Source: a virus
Length of the DNA stretch: 35,628 nt
IMG/VR virus record: IMGVR_UViG_3300009507_000051
Strand: one strand, 5' to 3'
This document shows, in pieces, positions 1-8,178 of this stretch. Numbering within the stretch: the stretch's first letter is position 1; every line of letters begins with the position of its first letter. A program made the position numbers and the translations under genes. The notes under the pieces were generated by a model. That model was not told where the DNA came from. It saw nothing but the letters and a program-made list of their open reading frames with translations, and did no database searches.

Positions 1-123
1 ACATAGAGGAGGACGATCAAATCGTATCTCAAAAACCTCTTGAGACCACACTTAATTCACTTTACCTTAGTTCTGCTCATAAAATATCAAGCGGACAAGA
101 AAACATATTCTTTACCAACCTTG
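1..123. repeat. Terminal overlap, identical to 35506..35628 (circular closure or direct terminal redundancy)
   Basis: Read directly. ACATAGAGGAGGACGATCAAATCG...TTCTTTACCAACCTTG occurs at both ends of the window, and an ORF is continuous across the join. Confidence 0.95.
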
Positions 124-1142
124 CTTCCAATATAAACTATTACCCTTCTTGGGGTGGTATACTTCCGCAAAACATACCATCAAACCAAGGTGATTTAGGA
201 TTACTTCAACCAACTCATCGAGTATACAGTAGTAACCTTGTGTTTAATGAGGTAGATGGTGATATATCATCAACAGGACAAACAACTGAGTACGCAACAT
301 CAGCAACGCCATCAGAGAAAATATCTCTTCACGGCATAAAGTTTAGACTAGGTCAGGATTTATTAGAAGAAAATGTACTTTACTACAGATTATACTTAGG
401 AGGAGATAATACAGGTACAAAGATATATGAAGAAAAATTTGCAGAATTAGGGCCTAAGTCGTCTGGTGAATACTTAGAGATATGGTTCTCTCACCCTTCA
501 GAGGGTAGAGCAGATCAGGAGGTTTATGCAGAGGTAATTATTGAATCTGAGCTTAACGCAGAGGATTTTCAAAGGCTAATCGTTTACGCCACAGAAGCGG
601 ATGAAAATAAAAACTGGGTAGAGCTTAGGTATAGAAATTTTATAGATAAGCCTATTAGTTACGGCGAGAATGCTTATGCAACTGCTGTATCAAGATCTAA
701 CCAACTAATAACATCTAACTCCTCTGGTGCTCCAGTAACCTACACTCATTTTATAGAACTTAATAGTGTTGAGGTTTATGGAAACGGAACAATAAAACTC
801 ATTGAAGAGGGTGTTTATGCCATAAACCTAAGAACAAATATTGATATACAAACATCAAATGTAGAGACTATAGAGTTTTGGGTTGAATTCCTAATAGATG
901 GCGTATGGACTCCAAAAAATGATAGTGGAGTTAAGTATGAAGTTAGTGGAAGGTCAGAGGGTGCTTATGCACAGAGTTTACTCATAGACTCAAGTGAGAA
1001 CGATGTTAGTCTAAGAATAATGTCCAGAATGGCAAATGGTAATAATAGAATATTTGCCTACGAAACATTAAACAATGGCGTAACAGTACCATCAGCAAAC
1101 CTTTCAGTAGTTCGAGTATCTTCCGCAATTACTGAAGCATAA
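1..1142 (+). CDS. 3' part of a 409-aa hypothetical virion or tail-module protein whose start is at 35418 (gene spans the junction)
   Basis: The frame is continuous with ATG 35418. Position 1 is codon position 2. The GTG at 240 in the ORF track is internal. 88 nt before the overlap plus 1142 nt gives 410 codons. I recognise no motif. The gene lies between a late-type promoter and the tail chaperone gene. Confidence 0.7.
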   Translation, partial: IEEDDQIVSQKPLETTLNSLYLSSAHKISSGQENIFFTNLASNINYYPSWGGILPQNIPSNQGDLGLLQPTHRVYSSNLVFNEVDGDISSTGQTTEYATSATPSEKISLHGIKFRLGQDLLEENVLYYRLYLGGDNTGTKIYEEKFAELGPKSSGEYLEIWFSHPSEGRADQEVYAEVIIESELNAEDFQRLIVYATEADENKNWVELRYRNFIDKPISYGENAYATAVSRSNQLITSNSSGAPVTYTHFIELNSVEVYGNGTIKLIEEGVYAINLRTNIDIQTSNVETIEFWVEFLIDGVWTPKNDSGVKYEVSGRSEGAYAQSLLIDSSENDVSLRIMSRMANGNNRIFAYETLNNGVTVPSANLSVVRVSSAITEA

Positions 1143-1147
1143 ATATA

Positions 1148-1176
1148 TTGCACAATACGTGCGTATGTAGTATAAT
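1148..1176 (+). promoter_or_regulatory. Sigma70-type promoter TTGCAC-17-TATAAT upstream of the chaperone and tape measure genes
   Basis: -35 at 1148-1153 and -10 at 1171-1176, with a 17-nt spacer. It shares the 14-mer ATGTAGTATAATCA with the promoter at 34962-34990. Confidence 0.55.
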
Positions 1177-1211
1177 CACCTTTGTAGACAAATTTACAAT
1201 GGTGATTTTTT

Positions 1212-1571
1212 ATGAAAGATAATAAACAAGCATTAAATATGATTAAGTCCGTTTATGAAGACGGCGTAGCAGAAATTAACGGAAACTCATACGAGTTTGC
1301 AGGAAAGTTTAATCACAAAGAGCGTCGCAAAGTTTTTGCATACTACACAAAGATTGCTCCCATGCTAGAAAAGGGTGATTTTGACTTCTTAGATTCTCCA
1401 AAATTTGACGATATCGAAGACCTAATTAGTCAAAAAGTTTTATTTGACGGACAGCAAATTAGTAAAATCAAAGACCACTGGGATAATCACGCTGATGATT
1501 ACGTGGTATTTATCACAACGGCCATTGCGGTTGTAAGCTACCCTTTTTTGAAAGGCAGCCTTACAGGTTAA
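1212..1571 (+). CDS. Tail assembly chaperone, zero-frame product (G-like)
   Basis: 119-aa ORF immediately upstream of the tape measure gene. RBS GGTGA. Its 3' end overlaps an ORF open in the -1 frame and contains a slippery heptamer. Confidence 0.6.
   Translation: MKDNKQALNMIKSVYEDGVAEINGNSYEFAGKFNHKERRKVFAYYTKIAPMLEKGDFDFLDSPKFDDIEDLISQKVLFDGQQISKIKDHWDNHADDYVVFITTAIAVVSYPFLKGSLTG
1544..1550 (+). promoter_or_regulatory. Candidate -1 programmed frameshift slippery site T_TTT_TTG
   Basis: Zero-frame codons are CCT TTT TTG. The X_XXY_YYZ phase is correct. The -1 frame is open from 1499 to the stop at 1790-1792. Confidence 0.55.
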
Positions 1572-1792
1572 ATGGTATACCTAGTTTAAGGGGTGGCGAT
1601 GACGTCATCTCTTTTACCAATATATCTGACTACATGTTCCAAGTTTTGCTGCTGGTTAAAAAAGGTTATGGAACAATACAAGACATTGAGGCGTTAGATA
1701 CTCCACAGTTTTTAGATGCATTAGAGTATGAAAATATCTTATCTGACATAGAATCTCACGAACAAAAAGAAGCAGAATCAAAGGCGAAATAA
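1550..1792 (+). CDS. -1 frame extension of the tail assembly chaperone (GT-like fusion, join 1212..1550 with 1550..1792, about 193 aa)
   Basis: My own translation of the -1 frame: ...FERQPYRLNGIPSLRGGDDVISFTNISDYMFQVLLLVKKGYGTIQDIEALDTPQFLDALEYENILSDIESHEQKEAESKAK, then stop. There is no independent start or RBS. It ends 2 nt before the tape measure ATG. Confidence 0.55.
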   Translation, partial: ERQPYRLNGIPSLRGGDDVISFTNISDYMFQVLLLVKKGYGTIQDIEALDTPQFLDALEYENILSDIESHEQKEAESKAK

Positions 1793-1794
1793 AA

Positions 1795-3186
1795 ATGGCG
1801 ACAGTAACAGAATTAGTAACCAAATTTAGCTTTGTTGGAAGCCTAAACCCTCTAAAGAATTTCAGAAGCGGATTGGCTGGAGCTACAATAGGCACGGCAA
1901 AAATGGCTGCTGGATTGGCCGTGGCTGCTGGCTCGGCTTTAGCTTTTGGTAATGCAATAGCTCAATCACTAAAGCCATTAAACGTACTATCAAAGCAAAG
2001 TGGCGTAACAGTAGGAAATATACAAAAGCTAGAGTTTGCAGCGCTATCCACAGGAGCTAACATTGGATCACTTGAAATGGCATTGGAAAGCTTATCCCAG
2101 CAAGTAAACCAAACAGCATTAACAGGGCAGGGTACTTTAGTAGAAAGGTTAGGTCTTGGTGCTGAAGATTTAGAGAACTCTGAAACAGCATTATTCGGAG
2201 CTATACGAGCAATGAATGATATGGGATTTGATAGAAGACAGCGACTTGCTATAGCTGAAGAATTAGGCCTAGATGCATCACTAATAGGCTTGCTTGAATC
2301 AAGCAACCATGAACTTCAAAGAATGTCAAAAATAGCTGATGATATAGGATTTATAACGCCTGAGCAAAGCAAGGCGGTAGAAGAGTATACAAACTTAACC
2401 GCTACATTAGGCCTTAGTTTTAAGCGACTAGGTGAGCAGCTGGGAGTATCACTACTTCCTGCACTAAATGAAACGGCAGAATCTATGTTTAGTATTGTTA
2501 GATCTGTTGCTCCAGCTCTTAAGCGTGCTTTTGGTGTTATAAGCTTCGGTATCGTTACGGCTACTGATTTTATAAAAGATCATATAGGATTTTTAACAGT
2601 ACTTGGTGGAACCCTTCTTGCGGTTACGGCTGGCCCAATATTACTTGCAGCGGCGCTAGCATTAATACCAGTAGCTCTTAAGGCTATTTTAATAGCTCCA
2701 TTCCTGCTTGTTCTACAAGACCTTCACGTTGCATTTAATGACGGCAAATCGGTTATTGGTGACTGGGTAGAAAAAATGACTGGCATCGACCTCACCAAGG
2801 CTGGATCGGCAATAAAAGATCTGGCTGGAGATATTAGAAATATTTTAGGCGATGCTTTTGATTATGTTATAGAAAAAATTGAAGGATTATTCGGCTGGAT
2901 AGGAAAGCTAGGTAAAATTATAGGTGAAGACTTGGCAGAAAGTAGAATATCAGACTTGCAATCAACAGGCCAACTACCTACAGGTAATGAAGAGTTCTTG
3001 ACATACAGAGCAAGAAAGGCTTTAGAATCTAGAAACTCTGGCGGCGGATCTAACACTACAAACAATGTTACTGTTGAAGTCAATACGAATAAAGAAAGCG
3101 TCGCAGACGCAGCAGTTGGTGGCGTATACAAAAGATACGGCTCCGGTACATTAGAAGCTGAGCAAAACAGAAGGAGCGGTAGATAA
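1795..3186 (+). CDS. Tail tape measure protein
   Basis: 463 aa. The N-terminal half is Ala/Gly/Leu-rich and helical. A central hydrophobic block reads FLTVLGGTLLAVTAGPILLAAALALIPVALKAILIAPFLLVL. The gene sits directly after the chaperone frameshift pair. Confidence 0.8.
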   Translation: MATVTELVTKFSFVGSLNPLKNFRSGLAGATIGTAKMAAGLAVAAGSALAFGNAIAQSLKPLNVLSKQSGVTVGNIQKLEFAALSTGANIGSLEMALESLSQQVNQTALTGQGTLVERLGLGAEDLENSETALFGAIRAMNDMGFDRRQRLAIAEELGLDASLIGLLESSNHELQRMSKIADDIGFITPEQSKAVEEYTNLTATLGLSFKRLGEQLGVSLLPALNETAESMFSIVRSVAPALKRAFGVISFGIVTATDFIKDHIGFLTVLGGTLLAVTAGPILLAAALALIPVALKAILIAPFLLVLQDLHVAFNDGKSVIGDWVEKMTGIDLTKAGSAIKDLAGDIRNILGDAFDYVIEKIEGLFGWIGKLGKIIGEDLAESRISDLQSTGQLPTGNEEFLTYRARKALESRNSGGGSNTTNNVTVEVNTNKESVADAAVGGVYKRYGSGTLEAEQNRRSGR

Positions 3187-3989
3187 TGCCATCAAAACTA
3201 GAAAACTACAGAGACTCGGTAAGAAAGGCCCTTAGCGGTACTAATGAAAAAAGCACGCAACTAGGCATAGGTGGGTTTACCACCCTTGCTAGAGTTTCTG
3301 AGACCGTACAAAGAACAGCACAAGTACCAGCAATAACGCTAGAAGATGGAACGGTTATAAGTGATCACATAATTCTCGATCCATTAACCATAAACATATC
3401 TGGCGATGTATCTGATATTTATATAGAAAAAAACAAAAACATAGGCCTTATTGGAGATATATCTGACAAACTTAGCGTGGTAGATCAGTATCTTCCACAA
3501 CGAACACAGTCGCAAATAAGCAAGGCAGAAGGTATTATAAACGACGTAAATAATAAGGCCTTGAGAGTTGTTAATGAGATAGATAGGATTGATGGATTTT
3601 TCTCAGACCTTATGTCTAATTCAAACCCTGACACTAAAAATAGAGAAAAATTTGTTAATCAAATGAAGGCGTTTTACGAGGGAAGAAGACCTATATCAAT
3701 AGACATGCCAGACAACCAAAAACTGGATAATATGGTTATAACGTCACTATCATTTGAGTATGATAATCAAGGTGACAGTACTGGTTTTTCAATAGAAGCC
3801 ACACAAGTAACATTCGTAAAAACACAAGCGTCTGATATAGCACTAGCTCCAAAACAAGAAGAATCTGACGCAGTATCTGAAAATGAAGATAAAGGCCCAC
3901 AAGAGCCTCAAGAAGCAGCAGAAAGCGTACTTGGAGGTGTGCTTGATGAGTATGGAATTAAATTCATTAAAAGAACAGAAGGGGCTTAA
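3186..3989 (+). CDS. Tail or baseplate hub-associated protein (position of Mu gp43 / DNA-circulation-like protein)
   Basis: 267 aa. The start overlaps the tape measure stop (TAATG). The call rests on synteny only. Confidence 0.4.
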   Translation: MPSKLENYRDSVRKALSGTNEKSTQLGIGGFTTLARVSETVQRTAQVPAITLEDGTVISDHIILDPLTINISGDVSDIYIEKNKNIGLIGDISDKLSVVDQYLPQRTQSQISKAEGIINDVNNKALRVVNEIDRIDGFFSDLMSNSNPDTKNREKFVNQMKAFYEGRRPISIDMPDNQKLDNMVITSLSFEYDNQGDSTGFSIEATQVTFVKTQASDIALAPKQEESDAVSENEDKGPQEPQEAAESVLGGVLDEYGIKFIKRTEGA

Positions 3990-3990
3990 G

Positions 3991-4326
3991 ATGATTAGAG
4001 AAGTAAGAAACATAACAAGCGAAGCGCATCAAACACACTCGCTATTTTATAATGACGTACAAGCTGAACTTGAATTAAGATTTATTCCACAAGTTGGGCA
4101 GTGGTTTATTAGCTGCACTATTGGAGACAAAGCTATAAAAAATGCAAAGCTATCAGTTGGTGTGCTTCATATGGTATCAAGAAACATGCCAATTGATTTT
4201 ATAGTGGTAGATAACAGCGGTGAAGATTTAGATCCGTTTTTATCTACAGATTTTACTAGCGGTAGGTGTACTTTACTGATGCTTGATGATGAATCTATGA
4301 CAGACCTTAGGGGTGTAGAGGTGTAA
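3991..4326 (+). CDS. Hypothetical baseplate assembly protein (111 aa)
   Basis: ATG 3991 follows the stop of the upstream gene by 1 nt. The track start at 3883 would overlap the upstream gene by 107 nt, so it is unlikely. Confidence 0.5.
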   Translation: MIREVRNITSEAHQTHSLFYNDVQAELELRFIPQVGQWFISCTIGDKAIKNAKLSVGVLHMVSRNMPIDFIVVDNSGEDLDPFLSTDFTSGRCTLLMLDDESMTDLRGVEV

Positions 4327-4327
4327 T

Positions 4328-5194
4328 ATGGAAAATAAAAGATTTTTAAGAAGCTACAAGCTAACAGTAACTACAGAAACAGGCTCTGTTATTATTAGCG
4401 ATCCTTTAAAAATATCTTTCTCTTGCAATAAATCGATATCGGGCGGGCTTAATAGCTCAACAATTAATATTTATAATATTGCACAAAAGTCAAGAGAATT
4501 AATATCAAAAGAAAGATTTCAGACAGACAAAAGAATTAAAGTAACTTTAGATGTTGGTTATGGTGACAGATCGGAAACTATATTTAAAGGAACTGTGCTT
4601 AGCGCTATTAGCTTAAGAGATGGAGCTGACATAGTAACTGAAATTGAAGCTACTGACGGCGGAGAGGCTCTTGAGAAGTCATTTGTAACTAAGGTTATAG
4701 ACGCCGGGGTTGATAAGGTTGAAGAAATTGTTGACGAACTAACAGGTGTTGCGAAAGGGAAGGTTACCGCCAAAGTCGTTAACACAAGGCCAATCGTTAT
4801 TGTTGGAAACGCCGTTGAAGAATTAAGGAAGGCATCAAGAGAAAACGGCTATATATTTTATATAGGTGAAGAAAAATGCCATGTTATAAAATCAGACGAG
4901 GTTATATTTGAGCAAGTTCAAATAGTAAAGGCATCTACCGGATTAATAAACACGCCAACAAGAGAAGGTTTAAATGTTGTATTCAATACGGTTCTAAACC
5001 CAGCTATTAAGGTTGGTGGAAAAGTTAAGGTAGAGAGCGAGGTTGATAAGAGAGATGCTAAAGAAGGTGGCGTAAATGGCATTTATGTTGTAACATCTAT
5101 GAATATACAGGGCGATAATTACGGCGACTTATGGAATCAAACTATAACAGCAAAGCCCTTTGGTGTAAATATCGGAGATGGAAATGCAAATTAA
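4328..5194 (+). CDS. Baseplate hub protein (Mu gp44 / P2 gpD / XkdQ-like position)
   Basis: 288 aa, tightly packed between baseplate genes. The size and order match hub proteins of Mu-like and PBSX-like tails. Confidence 0.45.
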   Translation: MENKRFLRSYKLTVTTETGSVIISDPLKISFSCNKSISGGLNSSTINIYNIAQKSRELISKERFQTDKRIKVTLDVGYGDRSETIFKGTVLSAISLRDGADIVTEIEATDGGEALEKSFVTKVIDAGVDKVEEIVDELTGVAKGKVTAKVVNTRPIVIVGNAVEELRKASRENGYIFYIGEEKCHVIKSDEVIFEQVQIVKASTGLINTPTREGLNVVFNTVLNPAIKVGGKVKVESEVDKRDAKEGGVNGIYVVTSMNIQGDNYGDLWNQTITAKPFGVNIGDGNAN

Positions 5195-5792
5195 AAATAG
5201 AAGTGATTTATTTGATTTAATGAGAGGTGAGATAGATTTTGCATTATCAAACCTACATACATCCACTATAGCAAGGGTGACAAAAGTAAACGAAAAGACA
5301 ATAAACTGCAAAGTTATAATACCTCTTGATGTTGATGGTGAGCTTGTTCAGATGCCAGAGTTTATTAAGGTTCCACCAATATTTATGCAAGGCGGTGGAT
5401 CGTACACCGCCCACCCAATAAAGCCGGGAGATTATTGCTTGCTTGTATTTACTGAGCGTTGTTTTGATGCTTGGTACGGTGGTAGTGATGATGTGGAGAA
5501 GCCAGACTTTAGGATGCATGATTACTCAGACGGATTTGCTATTGTTGGTGTTAATCCTCTAGAGGCTGCAATATCTATACCAGAAGTTATAACTAATATT
5601 GGTGACAGCTATCATGAAGGAGATCACGAGCATAAAGGAGACTTGGAGCAGGATGGTAGTCAAAAGATAACAGGAAGTAACGACGCCAAGGATTATAAGG
5701 TTGATGGGGAAGATGGAGCAACGGGCGTTTTCTTAGACTTAAACGGAAAATCAGTAACCGTAAAGAGTGGTATAATAACAAGTATAGTGTAA
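5178..5792 (+). CDS. Baseplate central spike (Mu gp45 / Gp138-N-like)
   Basis: The N-terminal OB-like region (TSTIARVTKVNEKTINCKVIIPL...GDYCLLVFTER...DYSDGFAIVG) and the His-rich C-terminus (GDHEHKGD) resemble Mu-type spikes. The second ATG at 5184 has better spacing to the RBS GGAGA. Confidence 0.55.
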   Translation: MEMQIKNRSDLFDLMRGEIDFALSNLHTSTIARVTKVNEKTINCKVIIPLDVDGELVQMPEFIKVPPIFMQGGGSYTAHPIKPGDYCLLVFTERCFDAWYGGSDDVEKPDFRMHDYSDGFAIVGVNPLEAAISIPEVITNIGDSYHEGDHEHKGDLEQDGSQKITGSNDAKDYKVDGEDGATGVFLDLNGKSVTVKSGIITSIV

Positions 5793-5800
5793 AAAGTAAA

Positions 5801-5982
5801 GTGCAACGTTTTGTGACACCCTTATATAATAGTAATTACAAAAACGTTGCACTTACTTAATTCGCTCCGCTCACTTTCTTTTATTTTTTATTATAAGCTA
5901 TCCATTTAAAACAAACCTCAACCTCTCACTAATGGATACAAAATCAAACAAAACAAACACAGCAGCGATAGCTGCTTTTTTT
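5801..5982 (+). repeat. Structured intergenic element, copy 1 (subfamily A)
   Basis: - Inverted repeat 5801-5814 / 5838-5852.
- Invariant G-poor block 5853-5898.
- Stem 5899-5906 / 5931-5938 with a 24-nt loop.
- A-rich tract.
- GC hairpin 5961-5976 followed by a T-run. Confidence 0.9.
5961..5982 (+). terminator. Intrinsic terminator at the 3' end of element copy 1
   Basis: AGCAGC-GATA-GCTGCT followed by TTTTTTT. A-rich on the left, so it could act in both directions. Confidence 0.65.
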
Positions 5983-5985
5983 AAA

Positions 5986-6014
5986 TTGCTTTAAGGGCAT
6001 AATTATTGTATAAT
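5986..6014 (+). promoter_or_regulatory. Sigma70-type promoter TTGCTT-17-TATAAT for the baseplate, fibre and lysis operon
   Basis: -35 at 5986-5991 and -10 at 6009-6014, 27 nt upstream of ATG 6042. Confidence 0.55.
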
Positions 6015-6041
6015 AATTAATAAACTAATATCGGTGGCAAA

Positions 6042-6395
6042 ATGAAAGTTTCAGCAATTACAAATAATGGCGACTGGACGTTCGGGAGCGGACTTGCAGG
6101 CTACAAAAAGAAAAGCTCAGCTATTAGGCAAAATATAGCTACAAGGCTGCGATCGTTTAAGAATGATTATTTTTTAGACGTAAACGCAGGAACTGATTGG
6201 TTATCTATCCTATCTACCCCTAACAATAAACTAACGCTAGAGAGAGCTGTTAGGAGTGTAGTTATAACTACAGAAGGTGTTCTTAGTGTTGATAGTGTAT
6301 CAATAATAGTTAGTGATAGAGTAGCAAAGGTTGAGGTTACTTACACAGATATTTACGAATTACAAATAGTCATTACAGAGAGAATACAAGCATGA
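6042..6395 (+). CDS. Baseplate wedge protein (gpW / gp25 / XkdS-like position)
   Basis: 117 aa, RBS GGTGG. Its stop overlaps the start of the J-like gene (ATGA). Confidence 0.5.
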   Translation: MKVSAITNNGDWTFGSGLAGYKKKSSAIRQNIATRLRSFKNDYFLDVNAGTDWLSILSTPNNKLTLERAVRSVVITTEGVLSVDSVSIIVSDRVAKVEVTYTDIYELQIVITERIQA

Positions 6396-7555
6396 TACAG
6401 TTAACAGATAACGGCATCGAGATACAAACATACCAAGAGGTTTTTGACGAGCTTGCTAATGGCTACAAGGCTATTTACGGCAACGATATCAACCTTGACC
6501 AAGATACTCCGGACGGACAGCGTATAGCTATCGAAGCGCGTCAAATTTTAGATATGCAAGTTTACTTATCGTCTCTTTATAACTCATTAGATCCAGACTT
6601 CGCAACAGGACTGAGTTTAGAGCGATTACTAAAATTATCGGGCATAACAAGGCGTCCGGCAACAAAATCACAAGTTGACGTAACAATTAATGTATCACGT
6701 AATCTAACGCTACCAGTAGGTTATAAAGTCCAAGATGAGCTTGGCCAGTTGTGGGAGACTGACGGCGAGAAGACGCTTTTTATTGGTGACAATACTGTTA
6801 CGCTATTCGCGGAAGAGTTCGGCGCTACAGAAGCGCAAGCTGGCACAGTAAACGAACAAGCAACCATCGTGTTAGGTGTGGTATCGATTACTAACGACAC
6901 TTCGGCAACGGTAGGGCAAGACGAGGAAACTGACGTTGAACTTAGAGTTAAGCGAAACAAGTCACTACAAAATCCGTCAAGCACGGGCGTGGGAAGTATG
7001 TTTTCTGCAATTGCTCAGTTACCAAACGTTACAGACTTAGCGGTTTACGAGAACTTCACTAATCAATTTGATACTGATACACAAATGGAGGCTCATAGTA
7101 TATGGGTGGTAGTTGAAGGCGGAACTGTTGAAGGTATTACAGAAACTATAATTAAAAACAAAGATACTGGTACAGGCCTAAAAGGTGATGTTACTGGAGA
7201 GTATACGGAAACGGTTACGGTTGGTGACTTGACTTTTGATAGAACAACTACTGTTGAGTTTGATAGACCTATTAGCTCAGATATTTTTCTTAAGGTTAAT
7301 ATCAAAGGTGAAGGTGGAATAATTCCAAATACAGATTTAATAAAACAGCAGTTATCTAACGCAACCTATTCAATTGGTGATGACGTTGTAGCAAGTAAGC
7401 TATACAATATCATTTATACGACGCAGGACGGCATTGTGGCCACTGATTTAGAAATCAGTAGTAATGGCATTGATTACGTCGATACTCTTGTTGACGGCGT
7501 TCCTGCTACTAAATACGTATTAGATGTTGATAACATCGATATCAACTTAATTTAA
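6392..7555 (+). CDS. Baseplate J-like protein
   Basis: 387 aa. The size and position between the W-like and I-like genes are typical of P2 gpJ / Mu gp47 / XkdT. Confidence 0.65.
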   Translation: MIQLTDNGIEIQTYQEVFDELANGYKAIYGNDINLDQDTPDGQRIAIEARQILDMQVYLSSLYNSLDPDFATGLSLERLLKLSGITRRPATKSQVDVTINVSRNLTLPVGYKVQDELGQLWETDGEKTLFIGDNTVTLFAEEFGATEAQAGTVNEQATIVLGVVSITNDTSATVGQDEETDVELRVKRNKSLQNPSSTGVGSMFSAIAQLPNVTDLAVYENFTNQFDTDTQMEAHSIWVVVEGGTVEGITETIIKNKDTGTGLKGDVTGEYTETVTVGDLTFDRTTTVEFDRPISSDIFLKVNIKGEGGIIPNTDLIKQQLSNATYSIGDDVVASKLYNIIYTTQDGIVATDLEISSNGIDYVDTLVDGVPATKYVLDVDNIDINLI

Positions 7556-7564
7556 GGAGTTACA

Positions 7565-8167
7565 ATGTCTGACTTTATTATGCAGTATATAAATCTACTG
7601 ATCATACAATACTACAATAAACCTAACGCAAGAGCAGAGATTGCAAATTTTTCTTCTCAATTCGAATCAATAAAAAGCGCAGCGGATGCGCTTCTTGAGG
7701 AGTTTGATATTGACGTAGCTACTGGCGCAACTCTCGATAAGATTGGTAAGATTGTTGGGATAAAGAGATCTGAACCTGTATTAAATGATGATGAGGTTTA
7801 TAGATTTTTTATAAAACTTAAGATAGCCAAGAATAACGCGTTAGGCTCTTTAACCTCTGATACAAATAATGGTATACAGGATGTTATAAAATTTGCCTTT
7901 GGTAATGATTCTTATATCGTTGACAAAAAAAACATGTCAATGGACTTGTATGTACCGGAAGGTACAGACGTGGATATATTAAGAACCATATTTAGGTTAA
8001 ACTTGTTGCCAAGACCCCAAGGTGTGCGCTACAATAACGTAAAGATTTCATCAAGTGAGCCTAAATTCGGTATAAGTAATAACCCTTTTGCAGCTCCATT
8101 CTCAAGCAAGAATGATGCCAGTTATACTAACGGCGCTCCATTTGATAGAAAAATAGTAATAAACTAA
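7565..8167 (+). CDS. Baseplate protein, gpI-like position (fibre attachment)
   Basis: 200 aa, RBS AAGGAG. It lies between the J-like gene and the tail fibres. Confidence 0.45.
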   Translation: MSDFIMQYINLLIIQYYNKPNARAEIANFSSQFESIKSAADALLEEFDIDVATGATLDKIGKIVGIKRSEPVLNDDEVYRFFIKLKIAKNNALGSLTSDTNNGIQDVIKFAFGNDSYIVDKKNMSMDLYVPEGTDVDILRTIFRLNLLPRPQGVRYNNVKISSSEPKFGISNNPFAAPFSSKNDASYTNGAPFDRKIVIN

Positions 8168-8178
8168 AGGTGTAAATA

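Noticed and set aside
1-123. The 123-nt end duplication could be a genuine direct terminal repeat of the virion DNA
   Set aside because: This cannot be decided from the sequence. The duplication falls in the middle of a coding region with no recognisable end or pac signals. An assembler overlap of a circular or circularly permuted genome is the simpler reading.
5811-5830. A promoter inside the palindrome spacer (TATAAT at 5825-5830) and a CRP-like TGTGA half-site in the left arm
   Set aside because: TATAAT is present only in subfamily A. The best -35 candidates at 17-18 nt (GTGCAA / TGCAAC) are poor. No second CRP half-site (TCACA) lies at the right spacing. It is kept only as a possibility to be settled by transcription start mapping.
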